From Octopus vulgaris (Eukaryota): 64,000 bases of DNA. The position numbers were made by a program, and so were the translations under genes. Where the stretch lies: positions 154,070,001-154,134,000 of the forward strand of contig OX597814.1 in the NCBI GenBank assembly GCA_951406725.2. Reading direction: 5' to 3'. Below are positions 37,574 through 51,160 of this stretch, one piece after another (position 1 is the stretch's first letter; each line of letters opens with the position of its first letter). Under the pieces are notes generated by a model. That model was not told the origin of the DNA, ran no database searches, and worked only from the letters and a program-made list of their open reading frames with translations.

Positions 37574-37826
37574 TCACTTAACCACTATGGTGTAGTGGTT
37601 AAGAGTGCAGGCTACTAACCCCAAGATTCTAAGTTCGATTCCAGGCAGTGACCTGAATAATAATAATAATGATGATATCGAAAAATACCTTAGGAATGAG
37701 AACCCAGGTTTGAAATTTCCCCAAGACACCTGATGAAGGCTGGAGGGTATATCAGCCAAAACGTTGTGTTAACAACAAAGAAGATGAGGACAAATGTCCG
37801 TTGAACGTAAATAATATAAATAATGA
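37392..37826. mobile_element. Fold-back element: tRNA-derived head, (AAT)n and hammerhead motif, duplicated in inverted orientation
   Basis: 37413-37578 mirrors 37647-37826. A box at 37588-37598, B box at 37632-37642. Confidence 0.8.
37725..37770 (+). ncRNA. Minimal type I hammerhead motif with G12>A
   Basis: GACAC CUGAUGA A GGCUG-gagggUaUaU-CAGCC [A]AAA CGUU|GUGUU. Stem I GACAC/GUGUU, stem II GGCUG/CAGCC, palindromic AACGUU. Confidence 0.75.
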
Positions 37827-38039
37827 ATATTGGTCTTTGTTCTTGTTTTCCTCGCTACATAGTTATTTCTAGTTGACTTTTTAATGCTCCTTGCATTAGA
37901 TATGTACACTAACATAACTATTGCCATTTCATATATAGATGCCATCTCTAAGTTATTTATTCTCAAAACAATTGTATTTCACTGCACCAAACAGTATACC
38001 ATCCTATACATTTACATAGTAGTTCTTCTATTACTACTT

Positions 38040-38622
38040 CAGCATATATGGTGCAAACTATGGTTTGCTCATGAGATCTGTGTGAACAACCATGTTACAC
38101 GACAGTAAGACTGCAGAGGAGACGGGAAAGCATGAAAAAAATGAAGCTAGTATGCTTTGCTGGATGTGCAATATCAGTCTGTATTATATGACAGTGTAAG
38201 CATCTTGAGAGAAAAGTTGGGATAAGAGGTATCAGATGTGGTGTGCAAGAGAGATGACTGTACTGGTGTGGTCATGTGATGCATATTGACAAGGACAGCT
38301 GTGTAAAGAAGTGCCAGTCCTGAACTGTGGAGATAACCTGTGTAAGTGGCAGACCCAGAAAGACATGGGTTTCAGGGAGGCAATGGCAAGTGATCAAGAC
38401 CCTTGGTGATTTGCTGTGCTTGAGAAGACTCGTCAAACCTAGTGAAGATGTAGTTTTGACTGGTGCTGGTGACATGTAAAAGGTACCCATTAAACTCTTG
38501 GAGTGGTTGGCATTAGGAAGGGCATCCAGCTGTAGAAATCATGCCAAACCAGGTTATCAGTTCTATTCAAACTGTCTAACCCATGAACCCATACCAGCAT
38601 GGAAAATTGACACTTAATGATG
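38040..38622 (+). mobile_element. Decayed RTE LINE 3' end with family A tail
   Basis: aatgaagctagtatgctttgctggatgtgcaat..gtgcaagagaga..agacccagaaagacatgg aligns to 14130-14370. Confidence 0.85.
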
Positions 38623-38726
38623 ATGGTGTGCGTGTGTGTGTGTATATATATATATAACCTCTTCGTATTCTTCTTCAAATGATGTGTTAAAGGATTTCTT
38701 TGTCTTATTAATATTTGGATTATATT

Positions 38727-38773
<47 letters not shown>

Positions 38774-39198
38774 TCACATATATATTTATGTATATCATCA
38801 TTTAGTGTCCATTTTACTTGCTGGCATGGGTTGAATGGTTGGTTTGACTGAAAACTGGTACACTGGCGGGGCTGCACCAGGTTCTGATTTGAGTTGACAA
38901 GGGTTCTACGGTTGGATACCCTTCCTAACGTCAATCACTCTGAGAGTGTAGTGGATGATTTTTATGTACCACTGGCATGGGTTCCATTGACCTGACACTG
39001 ACATCGGCCATAACTATGGTCTCACTTGGTTTGACAGGTCTACACAAGCATGGTATATCTCAAGTCACTTGTCACTGCCTCCATGGGGCCCAAAATTTGA
39101 AACCATTATAGTTATGATAATACACATGCCATACAAATTGATATAAAGGCTTACATATGACAAGTGTCGAACATAAGTGGATTATGTTTGCTTTAAAT

Positions 39199-39549
39199 CT
39201 GGGGTTCTCAACCATTTTTTAGCTGTGGGCCCCTCTTTATTACTATTTTATTCTGGTGGACCCCCACAGTTATTCGATGTTTAAAATCTATTTTTATTGA
39301 AATTTCTTTTGAATTCCTATTTTGTTATTCCACACATTAACTTGTGTAGGTTGAACTGTAAAATGTTAGAGAAAGAAATTCAGCTGTTTCTTGCAATATA
39401 TATTCCAATACCTACATCTAAAGTAAAAATTTTTCAGGTACCTTAAAATACTATTGTAGATCCCCATTTTCACTATTTTGCTTGTGTCACCCTCAAAAAT
39501 CTTATATGGATCCCAAGGGACCATATAGACCCCCATTTAAGAACCACTG
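39199..39549. mobile_element. hAT MITE with 8-bp TSD
   Basis: Ends ctggggttctcaa / ttaagaaccactg. Flanks ctttaaat / ttttaaat. Confidence 0.75.
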
Positions 39550-41173
39550 TTTTAAATCATATAAACATTACTTTTTTCTTTTATTACTATGTTCCAACTT
39601 AAGAACAAGTGACTCATCGCTGAATGGGTTTTATATCCTTATACTTGATGAAGACCCTGAAATACTTAACATCTTTTGTGTGTAAAATGTAAATGAGATC
39701 TACTTCCAACATCTTGAAACTGCTAAAAGTATATTATCTACTGCCAGCTGTGAATCAGCATCTTAACTTGACTGACAATTATAATGTTAGTGACAGGCAT
39801 GCATATATATAATTAATTAACCTTTTAGTTGGCCTAAAACATTAATGAGATCTGTTAGCACATGAAAAGACTGTCACATGTGATCTTTTTTTTTTTTGCT
39901 ATGAAAGGGCAGCGTATATATTTTGGTTTTCTATTATTACTATGTTAGTAGTAACTGTATCTATTTTGGTCATTATATATCTATGATCTTTATCAATTTG
40001 TTTTTCTCCTATTTCATGTTATCTGACAGTGTGAACTACATAAAAGAAAATGCAAGTTTTCTGCTTTATGTTTATACATCTCGTCTAAGTAAAGTAGCTT
40101 ATTCATAAATGTTGATTATAATTAGGTTAGAAATAATACAATTAAAATGGTATACTGAGAAAATATCAAACAAATTCTGAAGTTACATTGGTATAACCAT
40201 CATCATCATCATCGTTTAATGTCTGCTTTCCATGCTAGCTTGAGTTGGATGATTTGACTGATGTCTGGCGAACTAGATGGCTGCACCAGACTCCAATCTG
40301 ATCTGGCAGAGTTTCTACAGCTGGATGCCCTTCCTAATGCCAACCACTCCAAGAATGTAGTGGGTGCTTTTATGTGTCACTGGCACAAGGGCCAGTCAGG
40401 TGGTACTAAATAAATAAATAAATAAAATAGGGAATTCAAAGACTCCTTGATAAAATAAGGATGTGCAAGTATTCAGTGAATGACTGTTAATTTTCCAGTT
40501 TAAAGTACAAATTACCTTTTAAAATTAACTTATAAATGACTGGGGTCATTTACATTGTCTCCAGTGCTTAATTTAAACTTGTTTTTTCAACCCTGAAAGG
40601 ATGAAAAGCTAAGTCATTCTCAGCTGAATTTGAACTCAGTACATCAAGAAGAAATTGTCACTAAGCATTTTGTCTGGTGTGATAATGATTCTGCTGGTTT
40701 GCTGTATTAATTGACATTAATAATAAAGAGACATACGTGATGTCAAAGTTGATTTTTTTACTGTTTTATTTTCTTTTGGTTGAATCTTTTTTCAGCATTA
40801 AGAAATATTTTGTTTATTTTGTTATTTCATTATTTTACATATATTATTTACTGTTCTTTCAAAAAAGAGAGTGCTTCCTATTTTATTGTACTTTGTATTC
40901 TCCATAAGAAAATATGCTGTGTGTATATATGTATACACACATGCACGCACATTCTCCTGTGCAATATTTCTATGGGGGTGTCAGTTTTGGATCCTCTTTA
41001 TAAGCCTGTATGGGTGGGTGGGATTTGAGGACTATGAGAGCAAACTCATGGGCTACCACAGGCAGCACACACTAGCTATGTCACTGTTTTCTATGTGATA
41101 TATAGATAGTGATAAACTCTGCCAGATTTACTTGCCCTTAACATGTTAGAGTTAGTCTAACATGTTAAGGACA

Positions 41174-41498
41174 AAGCCTTGTGAGTGGATTTGATAGATG
41201 GAAATTGAAAGAAGCCCATCGTGTGTGTGTATGTATGTATATATATATATATATATATATATAGTTTAGAAATGTGTGTGTGTATGTGTCTGTTCCCCCA
41301 TCCCCCTCAACATCGCTTGACAACCAATGCTGGTGTGTTTACATCCCTGTAACTTAACGGTTCAGCAGAAGGGACTGGTAGAATAAGTACTAAGCTTACA
41401 AAGAAAGAATAAGTCCTGGGGTCGATTTGCATGACTAAAGGAGGTGGTGCTCCAGCATGGGTGCAGTCAAATGACTGAAACGAGTAAAAGAATAAAAG
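41174..41498 (+). mobile_element. SINE family B, 5'-truncated
   Basis: aaagccttgtgagtggatttg..tccagcatgg..gcagtcaaatgactgaaacgagtaaaagaataaaag. Confidence 0.8.
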
Positions 41499-42804
41499 AC
41501 TCAATAAAGAGTAATAATCCTTTTAATAGGAATATGTGTTGTGGTATTCATACATTCCCCATGGGAATGAGTACCAGAAGGGAAGAGAAGTACACCTCCT
41601 TTAAATGAAAACCATAACTTGACATACTGACTGACTTGATTTATCTAGAAATAACTCTGTTGACTGACACTCAGTGACAAAGGCAGAATATTCACTAGAA
41701 AATTTCTCATGTACATCTTGAATATTCATAGTTCGTTCATGTTCATGAATAAATTATGGTTTGTTTTACATTAAAGAATCATTATTAAAATAAGTTCAAT
41801 GGGAAAGAAAAACATTTGCTGTTTTATTGAGTCAGTGAGTGGGAACTTATTCACTACAGTACTTTGATTGTGATGTCACAACATGCTTGAATATCTTTTT
41901 AGTGTGGCTCCTGTGAATATTTGCATACAATTTTTATTTACCTACCCATCTCTTCTGTGGCTACATGCAAATATATCCCCTATTTATACTGACTACTGTA
42001 AAAAAATATTGGAAAACAAACTCTATATTGTGGTTTGACCTGCTAGAAATAATTGTCAAATTTTCCTTAACCCTTTAGCATTCACATTATTCAGTCAAAA
42101 ATACTTATTTATTCACTTTTTGTATTAACCATGCATTATCTCATAATTTCAAGATTTCAATGATGTGATTGTTTTTTGTTTTAGATTGACATTGCAGGGT
42201 AGGTGTGAGAGGCCAGAAACAGCCAATATAAATATAAAACAATAGAATATTTGGGTTGGATATAGCTGATTTAAACACTTTGTTAAATCACATAAGCCAG
42301 GACCATATTAGGTAATGTCCTATATAACCTTAAAATGTCAGGATAGTTGTGGGTGGAATTCTGTGATCACAGGTCTAGTTCTACTCAATGACGTTTAAAC
42401 TAGAGTTAAACAGCAACAAGAAGTACAAGAGTAAACTGAAGCTAGACATGTAAAACAAGCTTATCTAATGCTAGCAAACCTACTCCCATACATCAATAAA
42501 TGTGTCAAACACGTACATGATTATTTCATAGTATTGGTATGGAGTGTGTTTCTTTAATATTCCATGACGAAATGTATTATATGGGACATTTATAGATGTT
42601 GAGCATAGGATAATAGAAAACATTGTTTTTTAATGGCATTGCCAAAAGTCTTCAATGAAAAGATACTAAAATTGAGTGAATGCCATACAAAGCTTATGAC
42701 TAATATTTTAATATAGTATATATATATAGGTGTGTGTGTGGGTGATGCATATCCATATATGTATGTAGATATGAGTTTATTCACATATAAATATTTAAGT
42801 ATTT

Positions 42805-43037
42805 ATTTCTTTATTGCTCAATTGGTGGCTAAACATAGAGGAGACAAACAAAAACGGACAAAGGGATTAAGTCAATTACATTGACCCCCAGTCTGTAACT
42901 GGTACTTATTTAATTGACTCCAAAAGGATGAAAGGCAAAATCAATCTTTACAAAATTTGAACTGAGAACATAACAGCAGACAAAATGCCGCAAAACATTT
43001 CACCTAGGATGCTAACGATTCTGCCAGCTTGCCACCC
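42805..43037 (-). mobile_element. SINE family C with TSD tatttaagtatt
   Basis: Family body; the 12-mer is repeated at ~42792 and ~43038. Confidence 0.8.
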
Positions 43038-43207
43038 TATTTAAGTATTGGTTATGTTCCTATTAGTTAACCTTTGAAGCATGTTCACTGCCTATGGCTA
43101 CCTGATGTCATCCATGGTATTTACACAATTGTTGCTGGATCTACCTCAGGGATTCTTCAATATTCAATGAGTATATTCCATTTTCCATCTGTATAATTTG
43201 TTTTCAA

Positions 43208-43578
43208 GCATGGCTGTGTGGCAAGAAGCTTGCTTCCTAACCACATTGTTCTGGGTTCAGTCTCACTGCATGGCATCTTGTGCATGTGTCTTCTACTATA
43301 GCCTTGGGTCAACCCAAGCCTTGTGAGTGTATTTGGTAGATGGAAACTGAAAAAGCCCATTGTGTGTGTTTATGTCTGTTTGTCCGCCTCTACCACTTGA
43401 CTACCTGTGCTGGTGTGTTTACATCCCCATAACTTAGTCTTTCAGTAAGGAGACCAATAAAATATGCACCAGGTTTTTAAAAAAAATCATCCTGAGATTG
43501 ATTTGCTGGGCTAAAACCCTTCAAGGCAGTGCCCCAGCATGGTCACAGTCGAATGACCGAAACAAGTACAAGATAAAT
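43208..43578 (+). mobile_element. SINE family B, full length
   Basis: gcatggctgtgtggcaagaagcttgcttcc head through gaaacaagta tail. Confidence 0.8.
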
Positions 43579-43789
43579 GATTGTCCCACCCATGCCAGCA
43601 TGGAAGGCAGATGTTAAATGATGATATATATATATATATATATATATTATATTGTTGATGTTATAAGAACTATATTAACCTTTGAGAAAGTATGAAATAA
43701 TTCTTTTTTGGAATAGTGTATCTTGAAGCACACATAAAGCTGTATATAATGGTATGTAAATATTGAGGTGAAAAGCCCTTTTGGATAGA

Positions 43790-44958
43790 AAAACTTGAAG
43801 GTTGCTTGGCAGGGCTTGAACCTTCATCTGTAGAAATGATAATCTTCAAACACCTCCTTAATCTTGGTTACTATTCAACATTGGTGTTGCAGGAAGAGTG
43901 TTTGATGTCTTTCTCAACTGTGTACCACATGTAGTAACCCATGAGGTTACAATCAAGGGAATTGGGAGGCCAGAAATTAGGACTGGTGAAGTTGTAGAAA
44001 TTCTCTGACAACCACTTCTGACTTTTTCCAGAGGTATGGCAAGAAGCTGAATCCTGCTACCACACATTTGGCCTTCCAGTTGCAACTCTCTCCTGCTAAA
44101 GTTTGACCATAGTCTCCAGCAGCCTCACATAGCCATCTGAATTGAGCCTGTTCAAAGGCTCCGTTCAAAGATGTGGGTCAGTATGACATGACCTTCACTG
44201 GAGACACACCCAAAGATTGTCACAGTTTGGGGGAACTTGATTTTCATGATGATTGTGTCATGTATTACAGCCTTTATAGGATTCACAGAACATTGAGCAG
44301 CAACAGCAGTGGGGAGCAATGGCCCAGTGGTTAGGGCAGTGGACTCGCGGTCGGAGGATCGTGGTTTCGATTCCCAGACAGGGCGTTGTGTGTGTTTATT
44401 GAGAGAAAACACCTAAAGCTCCAAGAGGCTCTGGCAGGGTGGGGGGGCGACCCCTGTTGTACTCTTTCGCTCCAACTTTCTCTCACTCTTTCTTCCTGTT
44501 TCTTGTCCCCGACTTCTTACGCAACCGCTGAGCCTGGATGCGCATTCATCCATCCGTCGATGCTCTCGGTGTCGGGGGTTGACCTGCTTTCTCTTCTGCA
44601 GGTCTTACAAATAACAAAGGACCACATTTCGGACTTCTCCCACTACAGATTATCCTGAGGCGCAATCTGGGACGAAGACCGCTTTGCTCAACAAACAAAC
44701 AAACAAACAAACAAACAAAGCAGTAACAGCAGCAGTTGTGATGTTGGTATTTTGATACCCAGTGTGAATCATCAACATACAGCTAACTCTCTTCCAATAT
44801 TCAGATCACTTCTAAACCTCCATGTCAGCTAATTTTTTTTTCAACTACAACTATAAAATCTTTATGCTTTCCATTGCCCTTGACTATTCACCAATACATG
44901 AAGCTGTTCCTGAAAAAAGAAGTTATTAAAAAAATCTACAAATTTAGCCTGAACGCCC

Positions 44959-44960
<2 letters not shown>
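43790..44960 (-). mobile_element. Decayed Tc1/mariner transposon (DD37D/maT-like), interrupted by a SINE
   Basis: Translated pieces KFPQTVTIFGCVSSEG, QDSASCHTS and FWPPNSLDCNLMGYYMW (cf. WPPNSPDLNPLDY). Terminal cagggcgttc at 44960. Confidence 0.75.
44311..44718 (+). mobile_element. tRNA-derived SINE family D with (CAAA)n tail
   Basis: A box tggcccagtgg, B box gtttcgattcc. TSD-like gcagcaacagcag / gcagtaacagcag. Confidence 0.88.
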
Positions 44961-45015
<55 letters not shown>

Positions 45016-45304
45016 ACTTCATTTCATGTTCCTATCTACTCAACTGTAAATGACTACCAGCCTAGCGCTGGTGCAGCTCTCCCTCTCCCTTCAGCTACTA
45101 CATCCTCAGTATTTTGCTACTTCAAGGGTGGGAAGGCTGAGAGGTTGTTTGCTTATAACTATGTAGGCATCAAAAGCAATTAGCAAAAGTGTGATACAAG
45201 CTACCATGTCATGCTTGCTTGCAAGTGACAGCTAAGCATTTATATATATATATGCCCATTAGTATGCATATATACATTTGTGTACATACATAAATGTGTG
45301 TGTG

Positions 45305-45368
<64 letters not shown>

Positions 45369-45371
<3 letters not shown>

Positions 45372-45952
45372 TGACCGGTAAATTCCACCAGGTAATTTTC
45401 ACCATAGGTAAATTCCACCATGGTAAATTTCACCATAGGTGAAATTATTAATATTATTATCATCATAATTATTATATCATATGGGTTAGGATATTATGGA
45501 AATAAAAGAAGAATGCATAAAAAATAATATTAATGTCAGTGAATACAAAAAAAAAAAACAAGGGAGAAAATATAAATTGAGGAACAATCACACGGTGAAT
45601 TACGGGTGTGTGCTAAAATTTAATCTTTTTCTTTCTTTATCCCAAATGACATTATTTTTAAAATTTTGTGATGAGTTTTTTCATAGATTCTTGCATGATG
45701 GGAGAGCATTAAAGTGTTCCCGTCTCAATTCAAGTAGATTATAAAGATTATTTTCTGCCTCACCTTCAAACTCTCTCTCTCAAGACTTGAGAGACAGACA
45801 GATTAAATAACAGGTATTGACCCACAGTCTAGAGAAACTGACCACAATGATTATTAGTGGGAGCAGCTTATATAAGTCTGTCCATGGGTGGAATATACCA
45901 TGGTGGAATTTACTTATGGTGAAATTTATCTGGTGGAATTTACCTGGAACCT
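45369..45952. mobile_element. Foldback-type DNA element with TIRs built of 15-16-bp subrepeats
   Basis: (ggtaaattccacca)n at 45377-45436 mirrored at 45888-45946; (TA)n on both sides. Confidence 0.7.
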
Positions 45953-45967
45953 TACATATATATATAT

Positions 45968-46018
<51 letters not shown>

Positions 46019-46252
46019 ATTTTTGGCATACTACTTGCTGTGCACACTTTTTTTTGTATGCATGTGTTTACATGTTGTCCATCTCTTATTCCCCTCGTTT
46101 CATTTGTACTTTTTCACCCATATATTGGTATACATATGTGTGTGTATTTGCAAATCTACATATGTTTATGATTATATGTATGCCTATGTATATATACCTC
46201 TCTATATATGTATGTATGTGAGTGTATGTGTGTATGTATATATATGTATATA

Positions 46253-47095
46253 GTCATTCATTTGGTTCTCATTGTGCCTTGTGGCACTTGAGATGACAGC
46301 AAGATCATTCCACCTTCTAACACTGACTGAAAGCCTCCTTGACAGCTTGTCCCATTGTGAACCCTCTGCTTTTAAGATCTTTTGTTATTGTTCTCTGCCA
46401 TGTTTCCTTTGGTCAGCCAAGTCTTTTTTTTACTTTGTGGAACCCATTGCAAAGTAATCCCAACAACTGAGCTCAGTTTATAGCAGCAAACTCAACCCAG
46501 CCATTTCCATCTCCTTGCTTCAATAGTTTCTCTTATTGGTTCCATTTTACCCTTGGTGTGTAGTTGGCTATTCAAGATCATATTCAATCAGTAGACCTTT
46601 GAAATTTTTCATAAACATTTATTTTGAAACACCTCCAATTTCTTTTTAGTACTTTTGGTTGTTTTCCAACATTCGGATCCGTAGAGGAGGATGTTAAAAG
46701 TATGTTGCTTTTGTAAAATCGTATTTTAGGGCTTTGCTGAGTATTGATGATTAGCATATTGAGTTTTAATATACCGAATGATTGGTTGGTTTTGCTGATT
46801 CTTGTATTTGTTTCATGAATGCAGTTTCCCACCATTGTTATTTTGGTGCCTAGATAGTTAAATTCTTTAATATTTGCGATTGACTGGTCAATCAAAAATC
46901 ACATGGTCAGCATCTATTACATTTTTGCAAAGAGTGTACGTTTTCTTCTTGTTGATTTTCAGACTTGTGGTGTTGGCTACTTGTCCTAAGTCTTTCAGAT
47001 TTGTCTTGTAATTCTTGAGGCATGTATGAGAACAAACAAATATCATCTGCATAATCTAAATCTTCTACTTGTTGTGTGCCATTCTGTACCTCGTT
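46253..47095 (-). mobile_element. Decayed RTE-clade LINE fragment (second RTE family)
   Basis: DLDYADDICL, FNYLG..NTRISK, KIR.YKSNI..LYGSECW; (AATG)n-like tail. Confidence 0.85.
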
Positions 47096-47324
47096 CATAT
47101 TCTTCTGTCATATATGAAATGTATATATATGCATAAGGGTAGTACAATTTTACATTGTATAATTGACCTATCCACCTGTTTTGTTGTGAAGGGTAGGAAG
47201 CTTTTATAATGACATCACAGTTAGTCCTCCAGCCTGACATGTCTGTAGGTGAAATGTTTGTTCAAGATTTTTATAAGTATTTTTTGTCTTTCAACTGCAT
47301 TCCTCTGTTTTTGTTTTTTTCATT

Positions 47325-47494
47325 TTTTGTTCTTCCCTCTCTCTTTCTCCTGCTCTCTTTCTTTCTCTCCCTATCTCTTTCTCCCCCTCTCTCTTTCTCC
47401 CCCATCTCTTTCTCCCCCTCTTTCTTTCTCTCCCTCTCTCTTTCTCCCCCTCTCCTTCTTTCTCTCCCTCTCTCTTTCTCTCCCTCTCTCTCCC
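47325..47494. repeat. Degenerate (CT)-rich polypyrimidine tract
   Basis: Seen directly. Confidence 0.9.
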
Positions 47495-48637
47495 TGCTGG
47501 TGAAAGTTGTCACCTCACTAAGAGATTTTCCACAATGTCATCCTAATGTTATGGCTACATATCCTCTCCATTACTAATCTTCAGAATGTGTTCATAAGTG
47601 AAGGGCTTTCAGATTAAGTGCCAGTTAAAATAGGATCATGCTTCCCTTCCAAAAGCTAGAAATTTCATGAATAACACAAGTTTGTTGTTTGTCCCCCAAC
47701 AATGCTTGACAATTAGTGATGGTTTGATTATGTCTCCATACCTTAGCGGTTCAGCAAAAGTGACTGATAGAATAAGGGTCATTTAAAATAAATACTGGGA
47801 TCAATTCGTGTGATTAAACCTTTAAGGCAGTTCACTGCCTGGCTGCAGTCCAAAGATGGAAATAAATAAAAGATAAAAAAAAAATTGGTTAGGATTTTGC
47901 TAAGTTTTGAGTTGTTGTATAATCTGGTATTTCATATTGATAAAAACAGTAAAAAATGTTTCAGAAACATCTATTGAAGCAAGGACTGTTGAAATTGAAA
48001 CTCAAACTGAAATTCAATTCAGTATAAAAAAACACTTGTTTTTCATTTGAATTTTAGTTTTAATTGAATTTAAAATTTGGTTAAATTTAATTTTACAAAT
48101 AGCACTCTGTATATAATACTTAATGTAGATATACTGTAGAAGTCACAGAACTGCAGTATTAGTCTCAAGAAAGCATCTTGTATAAATGCGTTTTGTTGTT
48201 TTCTATAATATACCCATGTTAAGTAAGATATACAGAATTCTATTTTGAACTAATACTACTTCCATCACAAATCATGAATTTTTACAGATATTCTCATTAC
48301 CAACTTCTCTCCATTTTGATGGAGGAAAACTTCTTCATTATCAAACACAAATTTTGTGAAAGATAAATAAATAAATAAAAATTCTTGAATAAAATAAAAT
48401 CATGGTATTTTTTTATTTTGAACATGTTTTTATGTATATCTTGAGACTAACATAGATTCTATCCAGAGTCTGTAGTTTAAGAAGGTTATTGGTGCACTGT
48501 GAGAGATAAAACCCCCCTTTTCTGTTTTTCCCAGTCATCAACCAACCAAGTACAAAGTAATCTAGTAATGATATTGAGTCACTTTTCATATAGTGCTTGA
48601 ACAAACAGATGATGATGATGATCATCATCATCATCAT

Positions 48638-50705
48638 TTAACTCTTTTAAAATGGTTGACATAAATTTACGTACACAATGTATATGCTTTAAATTGGTCA
48701 ATGTAATTATATGCCGCCTTACTTAGAACCTGTTAGCTGAGTTAGTACTGCTCCATCTGCCAACTGATAGGTTGATTAAATGTTTCATGTAAATATTTGC
48801 AACCCCGATAGGCTGGTTCTGCCACTCCAGCTCTGTCAACTTCATCATCGTGTCCTGTTTCATCGAATTTATGGTTGTGATTTCTACCGCTCCAACTCCA
48901 TCAATTTTGTCATTGTGTCCTGTTTTGTCAAATTTATGGTCGTTGTGCGAAGCTCCACCACCTCACCAGTCATTTCTTTTGGCTTGGACAATGATTCGGA
49001 GAGTGAGTATTTTCCTAGTTCATAATCAGATGATTCCTATAGTAATGATAATATTTCGATGAATCAAAGGTACAGAAGGGCAGCAGTGAATGGCCCTGGA
49101 CAACAGAATGTTGTGTGATGAACGAGAGACAGTTCTGTCCGACGGCATGGGTTTACTGGTATGTCTGGCATAAAGGCAAACCTTGAACATGGAAGTTCGC
49201 CAATGGAAATCTTCTATGAGTTTTTGATGGATGAAATGTTCCAATATATAGCGAAAGAAACGAATGACTATACTGAAAACCATCCCCTGCATGTCAGACC
49301 TGGGCATGGCATTGATTGGTTTCCAACCATAGGGAACAAAATCAAAGTTCCTCTTGCCCTGCTGATACTGATGGACATTGTGAAGAAACTGACCCTGGTG
49401 TCATATTGGAATTGGGATCCAGCCATGTTGACACCTTTCTTTCTGGAAGTGATGCTATGTGATTGATTTTTGTGCTTCTTTGAAATCTACATTTCAACTC
49501 AGGTGAGAACCAGGATGACAGGCTGCACAAAATATGTCCTGTCATTGACGAAGTGGCTGAAAATTTCAGAACAGTGCATGTCCGCAAACAGGACATTTGT
49601 ACAGATGAGTTTGTGAAAATTCAAGCGAAGGCTCTGATTCAAACAATACAACCCTACCAAATGTACCCGCTTTGGAGTCATGATTTATAAAGTATGCCAG
49701 TCAAATGGCAGGGCCTGTGGGTACACATAGAATTACAAAGTCTATACTAGTCAGGACAGATTGGATCTTCCAGCATTTACTCTGGTGTCAACTGATATTG
49801 ATTGTGTTGTTGCTGAATGAAAACTTGTTTGACAAAGGCTACAATATTTATATGGACAACTGGTTTTCCAGTCCAGACCCTTCCTACTGCTGCAGGCGAG
49901 GAGAACTAATACCTGTGGGACTGTGAGGATGCACAGGAAAAACATGTTGCCTGATCTTCACAAGATAAAACTTTGAAAGAGGGGAAACAGCGTACTGATG
50001 CACCGACATAGGCATTCTCGCTCTAGTGTGGTGTGACAAAAAAAAAAATTCCTGCATGTTATCCACAATGCATTCTGCAAGCATGAAGGACACTAGGAAA
50101 CAAGATGCAGGCAGTAAGGAAACCGAGTGTAGTTATTTCATACAATGAAGTGACAGGTGAGGTTGATCACTCAGATCAGCTGGCGACAACACAAAAATCA
50201 GTGAAAAAATTTGTGAAATGGTACAAAAAAATTTTCTTGTACATAGTTGATATGTGTGTTGTGAACTCACATTTGATTTGGCAGATGCTTGGCGGTGTGG
50301 GAGATGGATTGACATTCAGGAACCAGACCTGCCAAAGTACAGAATGCATGGACATCCCCGTGCCAGATGCTCTCCTCACTGCATGGGATGTGGACATTTT
50401 CCACAACTGTTCCCCACCCCCACTGCCAAAATGACAAATGCTTTGAAGAGATGCATAATATATAAAGCAAAAGGGAAACATAAGGAAACTAGATATCATT
50501 GTTCACAATGTGATTTGTCTCTGTGTGTGGTACCCAGTTTTAAACTCTATCACAGTAAAGTCAATTTTTGAAATCATATGATTGTAAATACATGAAGTTC
50601 ATCTGACTTGTGCTGTCAAGTGATCTTATTCAGGAATAATACTGCATGAGAATCCTGCACAGGGGTATAGTTTAGATAAATAAACTACTTGCACTAAAGG
50701 GGTGA
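48638..50705 (+). mobile_element. Decayed piggyBac transposon (PGBD4-like transposase pseudogene)
   Basis: Fragments IAKETNDY, DRLHKICPVI, GYNIYMDNWFSSP, KPSVVISYN..GEVDHSDQ, KWYKKIFLY and a C-terminal Cys-rich domain RC..ETRYHCSQCDLSLCVVPSFKLYH. Many stops and frameshifts; ends uncertain. Confidence 0.9.
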
Positions 50706-50879
50706 TGTAAAAATACGCTGAATGTTGTTTCCCCCTGAGTGCTGATCTCAATTGGCAGGATTACCATTGATGTAAATATACACTGAACCACTGACGTGCA
50801 CTAATTGTTGATCTCAACCGAGATGATTACCGTCAATGCAACCTAGTTGATAGATAAAAAGAAAACATTGTCATAGAGT

Positions 50880-51160
50880 TAAAGTCTGGATAGTTTGACT
50901 GGAGCTGGTAAACTGGAGAGCTGCACCAGTCATCTGTTTTGGCTTGGTGTCTACAGCTGGATGCCTTTCCTAATGCCAACCACTCTACAGAGTGTACTGG
51001 GCGTCTTTTATGTGTCTCTGGCACTAGTGCCCTTTTATGTGTCATTGGCATGGTTGCCTTTCATGTTTTACTAGTACAGGTGCCTCTTATAGGCACAGGT
51101 GCCTTTTTATGTGTCACTGGCATTGGCCTCTCCAGGTTCGGCTGGTTGTTGGTTTTTCTA
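50880..51160 (-). mobile_element. Family A SINE, diverged, with 24-bp subrepeats
   Basis: ctacagctggatgcctttcctaatgccaaccac. Confidence 0.75.

Noticed and set aside
37586-37653. tRNA gene call for this and other SINE heads (31600-31671, 44311-44385, 63480-63552)
   Set aside because: Acceptor or T stems are imperfect and each head continues into a repeat body, so they are tRNA-derived heads.
48780-50571. Domesticated PGBD gene
   Set aside because: Numerous stops and frameshifts show a decayed transposon.
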